A DNA stretch of 64,000 bases from Trichoplax adhaerens (taxonomy: Eukaryota > Animalia > Placozoa): assembly GCF_000150275.1 (NCBI RefSeq), contig NW_002060945.1, positions 9,068,011-9,132,010 on the forward strand. The letters run 5' to 3'. The translations under genes were made by a program, and so were the position numbers. The notes under the pieces were generated by a model. That model saw only the letters and a program-made list of their open reading frames with translations. It was not told the origin of the DNA and did not search any database. Shown here piece after piece: positions 11,601 to 27,319 of this stretch (the first letter of the stretch is position 1; every line of letters starts with the position of its first letter).

Positions 11601-14600
11601 GCTAGCGTAATATATTTTCCATATACGGGATATAACAACTATACAGTTACCGACTCAATTGTAAGAAACAGACCGATTTTAATAAAATGTAAATATATAA
11701 TATATGCTTAGCGTTCTTATGTTGTACAATTGATCATTTATTATATCAAGTCAGGTCAGAATAGAGAATTATGATAACGCTAGTACCATTAATATCACAA
11801 ATTAAATTACGGTTTAGGCAGTATTGTCAGCATCTTACTGTATAACTCTATATTCTGTATATGGGCACAATTCGAAACAACTGCTCGCGGCTTAAAGGCT
11901 AGTCATCGATCCAATGACTTCATAGATGCGCTGTACGTTTATATGTATCCATATCAATCTAACGTTCTACATTCATGACCGTGCAAAATCTGATTTACCG
12001 ATAGCACCTTCGGTACTCTCACGATCGAGAATTATAGTAACATCTATCAATATATTGATCTGGAATAGATGAACGTATATCGCCAATAATATGTATATAA
12101 CATAACATATATACGCGCCTACGAGCAACGAAAGAATTATGCAATATTCTAGGATCCTATTAGAATAGTTGATAGCTTTCCGTCACTCGTTATCAATTTA
12201 TAATTTTGATTATTGTCTTGTATAGTCAATGCACTGTAAATCTTCAGAATTCCAAAGTGAATGTCTCTACTAAAATAATTTGCTCCAATCACTGGCTCTG
12301 GTAATAAGTATATCGGTCTGCCAATATAACTTAATCTGATATGGTCGCACAATAATACTCGTACAGTACAATAGCTGTGATTGAGTACTTTCTACAATAA
12401 TTCCTCCATGGATTGATTAGAAGAAGTCATTAGCTACTGAAAGATAATAACATGATTATCCTTTCGACGATATATTTTTGCTCTCTATTTTAGCTTTATA
12501 TGATCAATTCTTATTGAGCTGGAAATTAATTACATCAGTGCCCTATTGAATATTTATTAAATGATCATCAAACAGCAATTTAACGGCCATTTATTAATTG
12601 TTTTTAGCATTTTTAGACTAGTAGACGGTCTAATATATCATATATCTTATTCATCACAATGAAAAGGACTACTTCTCAAGCTTTATCTACATATAAGCAT
12701 TGCATATGGTATGTACTCTTTGACTTAAGATTGTAGTGCCGTGCTGTAGATATATAGACAGTATGTCAGTTACTTTTTGATTGGATAGAGGCTGTATAAG
12801 ATTAAATCAAAAGAGCCTTTGCATTTCGTTGACCAAATTAGGACGATAGGCTATAAAATTTAGAAGCTACATTGGAACTGTTATTATTCTTCGCAGTCTA
12901 TACTCGTTATTGTACTAATTTTCACAATGAATTCTGATTGATAGCCAATGAAGATGACGAATTCAATTCAATGGCATTATTATTATGGTGTCTACCTGTC
13001 GGGATTTAATGCTATCAACATGTAGCAATAGCAATTATTATTTAACGATGAGGAGAAGCCGTAATTAAAACTTTTCAATGCGGCACGCGAAAGTCATTAA
13101 AAAAGCTGTGATCAAATAAAGAAGAAATTTGTCTTAGAACTTGAACGAATTATGTGCATTATAAACTATCTGCAAGTTTTTATTAAGATAATAAATAACT
13201 GCAATTATAATTAACTACTGCTTGCCTATAATGTGACAACGATGGTGTCCAAAGTTGATATATTAACGATTAAATATAGCTATAAAAATTAGATAAAAAT
13301 GGGTTCAAATACTGTCTGCGACCATAGCATACTACCATCAATGTTGTATAGACAATCATTTGTTTAAACAGTATAAATTTATGTACAGCAATCGGTTTAT
13401 GACTCATACTAAGCTTTGCGATATGCTAAATAGGAACCTTTGTCGTATTTCTCATTAATATTAAAAAAAAATCAATCAGAATAATTAATTGCTTTTTTTG
13501 CAATGTTAACTGCAAAGGTGCTTTCCGTTTATTTAGTAAAGAAAAAGAATTTAACTCATACTGACGACAGATCGTAGGTGAAATTAATTCAGTATAAAGC
13601 TTTTCCATGCAAAAAAGAAGACTATGACTAGTTCTATATATTGCAGTATTCGGCTGCCGTAGTGGACGCTACACAAGTGAAATTTTTTCCTCATCAAATT
13701 AAAATAATAGAACAAAGTGATACAACGCAGTATACTTGCATAGAACTTTCTGTAGCATTGTAATTATGCAATAAAATATAGATCACCAGGTAAATCTTAA
13801 TTGTAGTGGCAGCAATCACTAATACACGGATAACATTAAAAGCTTTGTAATATTTCTTCCAAAGAAAGGTAAACATTTGAGATCCGCACTAATCTGTAGT
13901 GCAAAGTGATCCAAGTAACAGATTAAATCACTTTTTTCCATTTGATTCATAGTTAAAGATCAGTAACGTATTTGATTGAGATTAAATTTCGTAGATTTAT
14001 TTCTTTCTTAACCACAAAATACAGGCAGTTTATATTTCATTTTAACTTTTTTTACACTATTATCGACAGCGGATAGAACTGATATTGTTGAAATAAGCAT
14101 TCTTTTTACAATGTGTCATAGCTAAGGAATTTTAGTACAACACATTAATAATTACAGAATTGATCGCAGAAGTTCACGAAACGGTATTGCGATAAAAATA
14201 ATTCGCTATGTAAGATTTAAGAGTAAAGGCGCGATTCTTTCATCCGATGAAATATAAAATGCTTAGGATCGATCAAAGACAACTTAATTTCTATTTGCAT
14301 TGTGTGCAGATGATTTTACTTTATGCTATTACAATGTAATTGGTAGAGGTAATACAAAAATTTACATTATTAATTTTATAATGACAGAAAACCGCTTCAG
14401 ATAGATCTTTTTTAATTAGTTGATGAAATCATGGCTATCGAAGAGGACAGAAACACCTTTAAGATGTATATCTAACAAGGTAAAATATTAGAATCAGGGT
14501 AGCGATAAAGTTAGAAAGGGACTTCAATACAATAAGATGATGATTCTCGATCAAAGATACTAATGATAGCAACAACTACTATGATGCCATTCCACAAATA

Positions 14601-15216
14601 AATGGAAATCTGATAGACATAGTGGTGTAGCAGGTATGCATAAGATCGTAGATTAGATGACATCGGATTGTAACCGTATGTGTCGTAATATAGCAATTGC
14701 TGTATGTTTACAACATCGATAGCAATGACTAGAGCTACCGTACTGTTTTTTAAATTGGAAATTTATACCTTTACAATTCTGGGTAAATAAAATAGACAAA
14801 AAATGAAATAGCGTGAAAATAATATAGTGGAGTTAAAGTTAGTGATCAACTAAGACTAAATTATTTTGACAATCTAAAGCTACCATCAGTTAATAAATTG
14901 TAGTATAATCGTATTAAATCAGTTATTTGATGGCGTATTGCACACATAAAATCGAATTATACTTAAGATATGCCATTTTTGATCAAAAGACCATGTTTAA
15001 CTATTGCATCGATCACAGTCAGCATGACAATACTTGTCCGATATATTTAAAAAAGGAAGCATGGCTGCTTATGCTTGTAGATTTTAGTTGCCTCCGTTGA
15101 ACTAGAAAAATTGGCTGCATATATTCAAATGTGCCGGTGAAAATAACTTCTGTCCATTCTTAAATTTTCGATATCATCTTTGAAATTTCGAATAGACATA
15201 TTCAAGTTATTGACAA

Positions 15217-17828
15217 TTACGATGATCGTGGATCCTCCGGTATCCAGACCTTGGCGCTTCTAGTCATAGCATTAGTTATTTCATCGGCCGGTTCTATGCA
15301 AGATTTTTCTGTACACCATGACAATGAATGACCAACTAATGGAGTTAAACCGAATTCATCGAAATCATTTTCTACATGAATAGAAATGAGACAATAGCAG
15401 CGATGAGAATGCTGTCCATAAGCGCACACGAATCAGTGCAAACAATTAAAATACTATTTCATGTAAATCATTTTTAATTTTAAAAATGAAATAATATCGA
15501 TATAATTTGATAGAAAAGCCTCAAATCAAGATATTCTTAGTTTAAGAATAATAATATAAGTTAGCTTTTCATTTAAGATTAGTCTAGTTGCAAATAGAGT
15601 ACGACTCAAGTATCCGTAATAATGAACTGCAACAGTCGATTTGTTTATCTATATTGACGGTAAGGACAGAAGAAATAGTATGGTAGTTTTTAAGTTAATA
15701 ATAATAATAATGAGTGTGTAATTTCAAAGCCTCAAGTTCAAAGACGATAGAATCAATAAAAATGAAACGAAATTTTTTGAGAATCTTAATGCTATATTAT
15801 GACGTAAACGCCAATGAAGAGAAGTCGATCAATAAGACTTTTCTTCGTGTAGGTACAATTTTACTTGTAAATCTATTAATGGACAATATGACGAAGTGAC
15901 TGCTATTAAATCAGTTTCTACTTGTTCTCGTGCTATTCTTTGTGTAACAGTAAGACTACAAATGTTTTAGGAAGTATAGCGTTATCATTAGAACGATAAT
16001 TCGTTGATGTGAAATTACTAATCCCTTGAACAAACCAATTCGATCATACGATATCAGGGAGTGAAGTGGCATGATTTTCTTAATAAAATAAATATTCTCA
16101 TCGGTGTGGTAAAGATATTATTGTTTAAAAATTTTGACGGAAATTAGTGATAATTCAATAAAAATGTGAATGAATAGATTGAAAGCTTTGATTTGAGAAA
16201 AAATAAAAAGATCTCAAATAAGAAAGATACCTAAATTATACAATATGATCTCATGGATCACTATCAAAGGAACGCGATGACCGCTTAAAATCATACAATG
16301 GTCAAGCAATTTTAAATCGGTCGAAATATTATTGCAGTAGCAAAATAATAAATTTTTTAATGTGAAAATCTTTATTCTTAATTTGAAAGATATTAATTAG
16401 CATTCAGTCTAAACAATATTCGCTCTGTCTTTACTATGAAAAATTTTCGCTTTTGATTCAATCTAGTCAAAACATTGTAGTAAATTTTATGCATGGCACG
16501 TATCGCGCGGTGCCGTCCTTCGAACTATATAGAATAGTATAGAATGTATATAATATATATATAATATATATATACAGTAAATATACTGTATGCATACAAT
16601 AACAACAAAATTTTTTTTCTAAATAGATGTTGTAGAAGTTGATCCGCTATCATACTGTATCTTTTAGTGGTGCAATTTATTGCCAATTGGCAAAAACGTT
16701 GAATTTTGTCCAATAAATGAATCATAACAGTATCGATAATTACGGATACTATTTTTGAACAGGTTGATAGCTGACTTGTTTAGTTATGAAATCGTAAGTG
16801 AAACGAATTGACCTAATTAAAATCTTTTGAAAAATTTTATAGGTACAACTTTGAAACCTATCGCTTAAGTAAATACGAGATTTACTTCAATCCATATGAA
16901 TTATAGATGGACTCGATCACAACTGGAAATCATACTGTACATGGGTCTGCCGCATCTGATAGAAGCAGTTTGGTTATGATTATACCATTGGCTAAAATTG
17001 CAGACTTGTACTAGCAGTTAGAGTCTCCGGTTTTTGACACAACGCTAAGAGTTTCGAGAGTAGTACTACCGTATATATCATATACGACATCTACTCTACT
17101 ATACGGCATAACACATAAAGTAACCGTAGCTAGTCGTAGTGACATCTTTGTAAGATGTGGTACGGAAAGACTTAATGATCAGTTAGCATATTTTATTCTT
17201 AGTGCTGTAGCGTATTTCTGTTTAAAGGCCTGCTTAACAGCATTTTTAATGAAAATAAAAGAGAAGAGATAATGGTATGATAATCTGCAAATATACAATA
17301 TTTGCAACATTGGTGCAACAGATAGAGGAAGTTGACTATTATCAACCACTTACCATAAGAATTGTTGTGCAATATGACTTTATTGGATCTGTCAGTGGCA
17401 GAATTTTGCCGACATATGGATTTAGTTGGATCATTTGTGTCCAACAATTCCGACATGAAACCAATGTAAGATATCGCCAATCTCAAAGTATTGACTTTGG
17501 ATAATCGTTTTTCATATGGTAACTTAGGCACCAAGTGGCGTAAATCTTCGAATGCATGATTAATACTTTGCATACGTTTTCGTTCGCGTAGATTAGCGGC
17601 TAAGCGTTGATCAACGTGCTGTTGAGGTGATTTTCGACTAGCGCGTCGTTCTAGTGGACAATGAGTTAATAAAAGTTCTTGATCGGAATCAATTAAATTG
17701 TTGTCCAATGGAGAAGTAGAATCTCGCAGGTTATTATGTTGCTGCAGAGATTGTTCATGATGTTGCTGGTAATAGTTATTTTTACTTTTATGTTGATTGC
17801 GATTTGGATTCCAGATATGCTTGCCCAT
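15217..17828 (-). CDS. PTF1A: Pancreas transcription factor 1a-like bHLH protein; exons 17828-17354 and 15371-15217; 209 aa
   Basis: b[59 protein letters not shown]; a phase-1 GT-AG intron joins a second exon with the PTF1A-diagnostic motifs HSLSW and KVWIPEDPR; 630-nt open frame. Confidence 0.95.
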
Positions 17829-17968
17829 TATTGGTGGATTTGAAATTTGTGATGATTAGAAAATTTGATTCCTTCAAGGTAATTGGAGGAAGGATGGCGC
17901 GTTGATCCTTGGTTGGTCGGTGCCTAGGTGACGTTGTGGATACTGGTCGAATCTGAGTGGCTTAACGG

Positions 17969-17976
17969 TATTTAAA
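17969..17976 (-). promoter_or_regulatory. TATA-like element upstream of PTF1A
   Basis: TTTAAATA on the minus strand in a locally GC-richer patch about 140 nt upstream of the ATG. Confidence 0.3.
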
Positions 17977-20900
17977 AGGCAACCGCTGAATAAATTTATA
18001 ATGAGCATAATTGTATCTATGCATAGAAAGCGTTTCTCATTTTTTTTGCTCTAAAAGATGACAGTAACAATAAAGTCAAATTTGATGCCTGTCAACGCGG
18101 TAGTCGCCAACGTCCAATGAGGGACGCTATAATTTTATTTACATAACAATCATTTCCTATTTGAAATGCTGTCAGTTTTTATTTGTCCATCCAGTATTTA
18201 CGGGAAGGTTACTACTGTTTTGCTATAGTACCGTATAAAATAACTTATTGTTATGTTAAATAGCAAGTATAGTCAAATGAAAAACAAATAGGCAAGGCAA
18301 GCCATTGCTATTACCATTACTATAGAATTAAGAAAAATACTCCATCGTAGTAAAAAAATTACAACACAAAATGATTTACAAAAGGAAAATGAAGGTAATT
18401 ACTGATAATGTCGAAGAATTTGATGGATGATAGGTGAGAATAATAAGAACAATATTGATTGCGTCTATGATTATATTATATGATATTGACTACAGTGAGA
18501 TATAGAATACAAAAATGGATGCTACCAATTTAAGGAATGCGTGTTCTGCACTGTAATGTAGTATACATGCAATTATAGATGAAGGGAAAAAAATGTTATC
18601 ATTGATTGAACTATAAACAGTTCTATACTGTCGTAATAACAATTATACTTTATTGTATCATTGCCTGTCACTACGATGATTGGATCTCATATTAGAGTAT
18701 TGAAAAAGTTGATCACAAACGAGTAAATAAAAGAAAGATAATTATACAAATTTTTAAAATATCACGTTATATCCAATCATGTCAAGTGAACAAGTGCATA
18801 ATTTATGGAAGATAGGCATTTTTCAATTGGGAATCATTCGCAATTGACCAATGAACGTAGTGATTAAAGAAAAAATTTTCATCGTCAATCCATTTAAATA
18901 ATGTTGTGAAAAAGTGGTATCAAAAATTAAATTCCAGCTGAAAGATGAATAGCACACTATGGCGCTAAGTTCAATTTTCGATGTAGATATACGAGCACAC
19001 GATCGGTGCGACATGATGAATATATTGGCCAGAATAGGCTCAGAATGTGTTTATTAATAATAGAGTATAATAATGAAAAACAGCCTTAGAGGTTAAATTA
19101 ACTGTGACAGCATGTATGACCATCTATATTAGTTTATTAAACCGCTGTGATAAATTATATGAAGGGAACAACGATCAAATAATATTGAAACAATAGTTTT
19201 AAACTGGCGATAAACAATATTAATTTTATAGTAAAGTTAGTCGGCCAAATACACTTGAAAAACAAAAGATGCCCGATGATGAAATTCTACAAGAATGTAC
19301 ATCCTAGCACATCAATCATATTGTTCTACATTTGTAGTGCATTGAGTATTAATAATTGACTAATTATGTTCTGCTAGGACATCGGTATCTCTCATATAGT
19401 ATTGCTCTCATACGGTACTTTAAAAGACTGGATGTAATCTAAGTGATCATTCAAATTTTTTATGTATTCCATTGCCTTATTAATGACTAGTTTTTCAATT
19501 TTGCCTATCGAAATCCTACATCTATGGTTTTCGTTGCGATTTCAAAAAGTATTTTAGCTATACGTATTAGGAAAAAGGTGTCGAGTGATTGTAAGAATCT
19601 AAAGCCGGCTTTATAACGCTTTCTTATAAAATAGATAGAAAAAAATTGTAAATAAAAGCATTAATAAGTTCTGGTGATATTTTTTAAACAACAAGACAAG
19701 TTCATGTAGTGTATTTAGTTGAATGTATTCATTTCATCTCATGGCTATTTGCCATGTAAAATATTCTATTCAATCGATAAAGAGATTATATTAAAGGAGC
19801 GGGTGCTAACTACTATTTGGTAACAGTAAATTTACTCTAGTATATAACTGTAATTTACCTCGATACCATTGAGGAAAATGATCACAAAATTATATTACGG
19901 CAAATAACTGACTAGTAATGACTATGGTATGCTATTTTTGCATAAAGAAACGAGACTACGAGGCTATTTAAAGCCACTATTCATCATGTCAACAATATAG
20001 TTCTAATAGTAAGTTAAATATTAGCCTTAGCAATGATATTTGTTTCTTTTTTATCCCGTTCGACAATTAAGATTATGCGTTGGTTGTTTTGGATTTGAGC
20101 CAAAGCTACTGATATTACTTTATGATTATGGCGAACTTGATGCCCTGCCATGAAGTTCAACCCATTCTTGAATGCCTTTATCCGAGAACTTTCAAGGTTG
20201 CAGTAACCTTTAGGAGTTTTAATGGACAATGACATCCCAACAATCATCATCATCATTTCCTATTATTTTAAATCTAATTGGCTGCCGAAGATTTTAAAAT
20301 TCTAATTTCAATAACAGGAGATTCCATTCGTTCCAACTAGATAGATAATTAATTTGTCTCTTTAACTAAACATTACGAAATAATGAAAGAGAAAAAATTT
20401 TTTAGGCTTTAATTACTGAATGACTAGCCTTCTCTATTTCTCATACTACTACCTGAAAGTAATCTATAAACAGATATAGAGTATTAATTTAATAAAAATT
20501 GGTATAGCATCCAGGAACGTATTGATGTAGCGTAAAAACATTGCTACACTAATCATCAATTTATAGCAGTCAGCAATTGTTATCGATACTACTTTCATGG
20601 TTGATATCGTACCCTAAAAAGTCGGAAAAAGTCTCATATATTATGCTATTATTCTCTTATACGCTCACAAATACTAAAGTGGACAAAACTTAACTCCAAT
20701 TTTTACCCTTCTGCAACATTTAAAATATGTCCATATTCTAAAAAATTTGAATAAGGAATGATTGAATTTTATTTCAAGTTTACAAACAATGACCAAGATA
20801 AGTACATTCTACCCTTGTTTCTAAATTGAAATAAACCATTTTTTGGAAGATGTTAATACATGCAACATGTTGCTATTTCGCTTTCTATATCAGTCGATTT

Positions 20901-23900
20901 TTCCAGCACCATGACAATCCTTGCAAGCATGAGATTATCCTTACAGTAAGTAAAGGGGCAACCATTTAATATCATAGCCTTACACAATTTATATAAATTA
21001 TTTTCAACATTTTGAAAAACTAAACCAATATATTACCTAGTATCTGCCGACATCATTTGATTTATCCTTCCAACACGTCATGTCGATCATCCAGGCCTTA
21101 TCTGCATAACAAAAAGCTTTTTGTCCTGTAAACTATTGTATTACTCGCGTGGATCGTGTCATGGTTACAAATAATCGTTGATGCCGCGTCAAGTTTTTGT
21201 GAAAATTTGGGTAAATTAGCCATCAAGATTGGATATAAAGTTATCCTAAGCAAGTCTAAAATGGTCGATATGAAATGGAAAAGCAGATGTTGTCCTAATT
21301 GGGGATAGATTACAATTTTATTTCCACCATAGCAGGGGTTATTTACTGCTTTGACTAAACGAAATTAATTTTAAGTAGTTGACTGATGATATTTAGGATT
21401 TATTTCAAAAAGCTTGTAATCGATCAAATAAAACGGGGCTGCACTTCTATAGCTATGTATTGATATTCAGATTGATAGTCAACAGGGTTTCATTGTTTTA
21501 ATCAACCTGTTCGCGTGGCTTATATTAAGAGACTGCTGCCATTACTATTTAAAGTATTTAGGAAATGTCTTTTCTACCACAGTAATATTATAAAATATCC
21601 CAAGAAACAGCTTGTAGAAGGTAGTAGTAAACGCTTCTAAAAGTACCGCCATAACGAAATTATTAAATGCTATGATTCATTTTAAAGTCATCATTCGACG
21701 TGCCTATACTGAAAAAAATGATCAATTTAATATCTTTCAACTCTGTTGACAAATGAAAAAGTTTGCCTAATTTACCGAGTTGAATCAATAATAACAACAA
21801 TATCTCTCATGTTTGCCACGCTATTGGTTGTTTATCTATTTACTCAATTTCAACACTTCATTAATATGCATAAGGTAATAAAAAAAAAAAATGACCGCAA
21901 TATTAATCGACATTCAGTGGCAATAACAGTGCAACGTATTAAGCGTCGCCTAGTACCCTACGATAGCTTGCTAATTGTTGTTGTTTTCTTATCATGACTC
22001 TGTTAACCAACCTATTGTTGATTCACTTGCTGATCATTATAGAGATTCAAATTAATTTATCAATCACTAACATGTTCCAAATGTCCTTGCTAATAAACAA
22101 CAAGTTGGTTGTTCACGCGTTGTCATGGAGGCAGTATACGAGTAGGTTTTTTGAAAACTAGTCTACCGATCGTTAGCACCCTGGCCAATGGTGTATCATG
22201 TTAACGCTAATATTGCATCGAAATAAAGTTTTATTTCTCATTACCTAATTATTTAAGATGATACATATACGGGAATAGATAGCTTGTCACTCTGAGGAGT
22301 GAGGCAGTAAGGCTTATTTACAAGTGCAGTATAATGCAAGTAATATTTGCTAGGATAGTTTTTCCTCACCGTAATCTTTTTCGATAGAGAATTTTTATAA
22401 ATTAATTATGGCACTTTAAACTGGCTCCAATCCTTTTAAGACTCAAGTAGCGTTACTAATTAAGATAATGATGACAATATAAAGGGAGAATATAATTACG
22501 AATTGAAAATTAAGCTGAAGAACAAATAATTACTAATGCATGTTCATACACATTTTCAATCTATATGCACGCTGTAATTAAGACAGATGATTGGAATATG
22601 ACGCCAACATAGTGAGAATATACATGCTGCTAGTCATCTGATGTTAATTATCTCTATAAAAATGATCAAATACTATTAGTTGGATAGATAAGGGAGAATG
22701 GATTCAATATCAGTACTTTATTGAGCATCGATGGTACGAACAAAGCGATATAACGTTGATTTAATGTTTAATTACACTTGATTAGTAGTAATTGAGGATT
22801 ATTTAGAATTCTCTATACGCGGTGAAGAAATACATTTAAAGGGAATCTGTGATTTATCCATAGTCAATGCCTTATAGAGGTTTTCTAATTTTGTCTCGCC
22901 TAATATTTTGAAGCTTTTCAAAAAATTACTATTAAAGCAATAGGATCCTATTGCTATAAGAAGAAGATTGAATCGCGAATGTATGTCCTACATAGGATAA
23001 TAATCGTAACAGTTTGATCGACATATTGATTGCGTCCATACAAGAACAACACTTAAAACGTGTCACATTGTCTTTGCCTTGCTTTGAAATAAATCGCACA
23101 TGTTTCGACTTTTGATTTTCTATATAGTTTTTGTCTGTAGTTAGCCCTGTTGGATAGTTATACACTACACAATTAACTCTTCCATTGAGTTTATGTATAC
23201 TATGAAGAAATTGAACCGATTCCAAATCTGTTAATGTAATCGTATGAGATAGACGATTAGCAGCCATACTAGCTAGCGTATCTATGGATCATTTCATTAA
23301 TTATTAACGTGGACTATCTTTCAGCCATTCGTGTTAAGAAATCATATCGATTTGGAAAACGTAGACATCTACGTTATTGGCTGTGTTAAAGAGGAGACCA
23401 ACGCTAGGTAATAAATCAAATAATATTATAGTGTTACAACAACGACTGCAGAACTATCAACATACTAAGCATAGGACAATATCATAATGTGCCATTTCTA
23501 CTATCATCATACGCTATCGAATATTGCTGTCATTATACAAATGAGATCACTTCTATGGCCAAAAGTGGTATATAAAGTGATATAATGTAATGGAATACTC
23601 GTAGTTGATACTCATTAACGTTAGACACTGATTTAATTGGAATCAGTGCTGTCATTTCTAATCTTTTATCATCGCTTTTGTGCCTATCCTTCCATAGGCT
23701 CATCATCGACGGATAGTATAGGAGAAAAATATAACCGATCGACGTCAAAGTTTATAGAATTTTGTCACTATGGTGACTACAACAATTTACTATGATTGTA
23801 AAATGAGTTACACGTGCAACGCAGTGGTAAACAATCAAACTCAACAATAGTTAGTGATTAAAAAAATCAACTTTACATTCTATATACTAATTGTCGACAT

Positions 23901-26900
23901 GGTGCAGATACCTTGTCTAGTAATGTATCATCATTATAGCGCTTAAATTTTCTATAGCTAGACAACTAAGTACTTGTCAGCTCGTGACCATATAGAAATC
24001 ATGTTTGGAGAACTATGCTTAATCAATAAGTTTCACACATTACTGCGATCAAATGGACAACCTAATCAACACCCTGTCTCCATGAGTATCTCTAGCAGCA
24101 TGCTATAACTATGATAACAATCGATCATTTATTGATATTATTTTAATGGCGTTATCGCTATAATTGTTTCGATTTTTTAGGCTACTTCTTGCTTCTGCTA
24201 TACGAATTAAATTGCATCACATTTAATTAAGGTTTCTACCTGCGGATATAGAATATAATTTCATAATGCTTTTTAGTCAATAGTAAAGTAGAAAAAAGAT
24301 CTAATTGTTTAAATTTAAAAGAATTAACCTCAATAGCATTATAAAACTGAATAATCTTCATTTATTGTGAACATTGAGGACGATTATTCATCTTTATATT
24401 TTGCCGTTTTCCAAACATGAATAGAAGCAAATTTATAAAGGGCTTCGAGAGTGGCTATGAAGCCTTTATCATTGCTATTGTTTCTGCGGTACTGATAGAA
24501 ATCCAGCATCGTACAAATATTACTAGAGGTTCATGAATTATGCCCAAGGGCCGTTGCTTCTATGTCGACTGAACAAGTAGTTTATTATTGCCATTAATAA
24601 AGCACATTGATCAACACCCGACGTTGTCAAGTGCATCCATCAGAGAAACAATATGCATTATAGAGCAGTTCGCTAAGTTCATCAAGTGAAAAAATAAATC
24701 CCGCCTAAAATTGCTTGAACGATAATTTATCTTCTTTTCTACTGTTTAGGATTATTTTCAATACAGTATAGCTCTTTCTTATGACTTTGGAGATAGTAAT
24801 AGTACTGATTGTTCCAAGATTTTTATCGAATGTTTTATAAAAATATTTTTTAGCTTTCATTTTAAAATGCTAAGTATCAATGTACTAGTCTCCGGATCTA
24901 AGGTTACTGTATTCGATCAGTTGATTTCTGTGATTTAATAGGAAGAAATGCATATAGAAGGATTTATTCATGCTTGGGGTATTTAAAAAAACTGCACTAA
25001 TACAATATTACACGCCCCTAAAAAACTAGAGCATTAATCATATTTTACTTCATGAATTGCTTTATTCGCCTATTCACCATGATTAATAATTATTAGCGTA
25101 GCGACTATTAGGAATAGAATCTTATCTTTCAGCTTGTTAATTGTTTCAGCTCATTTTCAGTTTTAGGACATCTGCTGTACCACATCATTATCACATAGTA
25201 GCCATTATGTTAATGCGTAAGTAATTTAAAAATTATTAGCATCCAACTTTGAGAAATATTAACCATCGTTTACTGTCTCTTGATATACTGGCAAAAGCTA
25301 GAAATACATATACAATGATTCAAGGTATACAATTAAAAGCCTAAAAGAATCGTATTTATTATGGCACAATAGTGACTTGTCGAAGTACTCCATGTACCTA
25401 TTCAGTGGTGATTACTTACTAGAAAGCTTAAATTTCCTTAATTTTGATATTAAATAGGACTAAAATAACCACGGTTAACTATTGAAGGAGTTGCTATTAA
25501 CCTGTAGAATAAAAGAATGGTCTAGCAATTGTTTGCTTATTGACGTGATAATTTAAAGAAACCTGTCTGCTAGCTTTGAACTCATTGATAGACAAAACTA
25601 TTTGTCCGTTGACAGTTTATGTCAAGAGTGATTTCAATAATATTAGAATTGTTGGCTAGATAATTTGACATCGTCAATTATCTTTACCAGTCTCATGTCG
25701 ATTGTAGCGACAGACATTGGCAAAACTAAGGCATCTTGTTGAAAAACAATATCGTTGAATTGGTAACACCTTAGCCTCTTGACTTTCTTTTTATTTGGAC
25801 ATCCTACCAATTAGGTTTGTAAGCTTTGCAATAGACGAGAATTTGTTTGATGTCATTATGAATAACGGCTTAGAATTGATTTTTAATTAAGTTTACAATT
25901 CTCTACCATGAGGATTTATAAACAAAAATCATAATCTAATTTACTATGGTTCTACTTTCACTAGACTTGCTTTAGTCATATTGTTTCTAACATGATTGTT
26001 TGAAATGGTGACTAATGCAATACATAAAAGCGATTCAATTTGCTTCTCTACAAGATTGCTATCTTCTAACTTGGTTCATTTCTTACTAGAGTGAATATTT
26101 TAGTTTATAGTCATGTTCATTTCAAAATCAATAAACTTACTTGTCGTCCATTTGGACGATCGTCAAGTATCACTTTGTGCTACCGCAACCTGTTAAATAA
26201 ACTTGATTACTAATATTGATTTGATGGGCGATTGATTGTATTACCAGAGGGTAAATGTTATTCAAGAATTGTGTTTTAATCAATCGTGGCGCGAATTTTC
26301 GATCGATCTTGGCGCCAATCTTATTGCCAATCAATCCATGTGGGGATTAATGTTGGATATTTATAAAAATGTGAAAATAGGAATCGTTTAATCAACGTTA
26401 CGCATGATTTATAGGCTTTGATGACAAGGACACCCTATGTCTGTAGAGCATCATGAAAGTGCAGAACAATACGTACACATGGACATATTATGATTTCCTA
26501 ATTGCAGAAATTACATAACGGCAATCTACGGTAATACAACTTATGTCGTAGCTAAAATATGACTTTAATTATTACATGATATTATCAAATGGGCATTATA
26601 GTCCATGTCGTATACATTCAATAATGACGTTAAATTTTCATGTTGAATTAATTGAATGAAGAATATCCAAAGATAGGATAAAATAATTGAATCCATTCTA
26701 TTAGCATCCTTTTTACTCAGAATACATAGGTCAGTAAAATGGACGACTATACTTGTATAGGGTGATGATAAAATTAGACTAGGCAAAGACAGAAGTACCG
26801 TAACGTTATTCTTTTTATAGTGTTGCCTTGTGATTTTTTCCGCAACTCCTTGCCCATACGGCATTGGATTGTTGTTGTTGTATAAGTTAGAAAGCACTTG

Positions 26901-27319
26901 TAGATCACCGGAGAATAATTGATTTAACGTCATTGGTAATTTACTTGACTTGATGTCAAATTAAAAGTCTTGTTGCTCATTGTAAAAGTAGTTGAATAAG
27001 AAATGTGCGGCGCGACAGGTAGTCAAAGCTATATTTGTTGTTGTCTTGCAAATTGAGTTGCATAACATAAGCCATTTATTTTACTTTTATTGCTATTTGT
27101 TATACACTTGCTTTGATCTATTGCCGCTAGTTAACCCTTTTTCAACTTGAATCATTGTCTATCAAACAACAGCGGAACTATTTTGCTAAAACTATCATTG
27201 TTGATGAGTCTTTCAACAGGCGCAATAATGCAATAAAGGATGGGCGCATGTAGTACGCGTGTCGCCGAATTGTTTTCTAATTTGGTAAGAGAATATTACA
27301 CCTTAGCCTGTGGATCTTG

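Noticed and set aside
17199-17353. ORF-track C-terminus of the bHLH protein (GKWLIIVNF...)
   Set aside because: Intron read-through after a perfect GTAAGT donor; the real C-terminus is exon 15371-15217.
26565-26933. 122-aa minus-strand ORF and other 60-110-aa ORFs between 6.3 and 29 kb
   Set aside because: No recognisable motifs, AT-rich random composition and no consistent exon chain.
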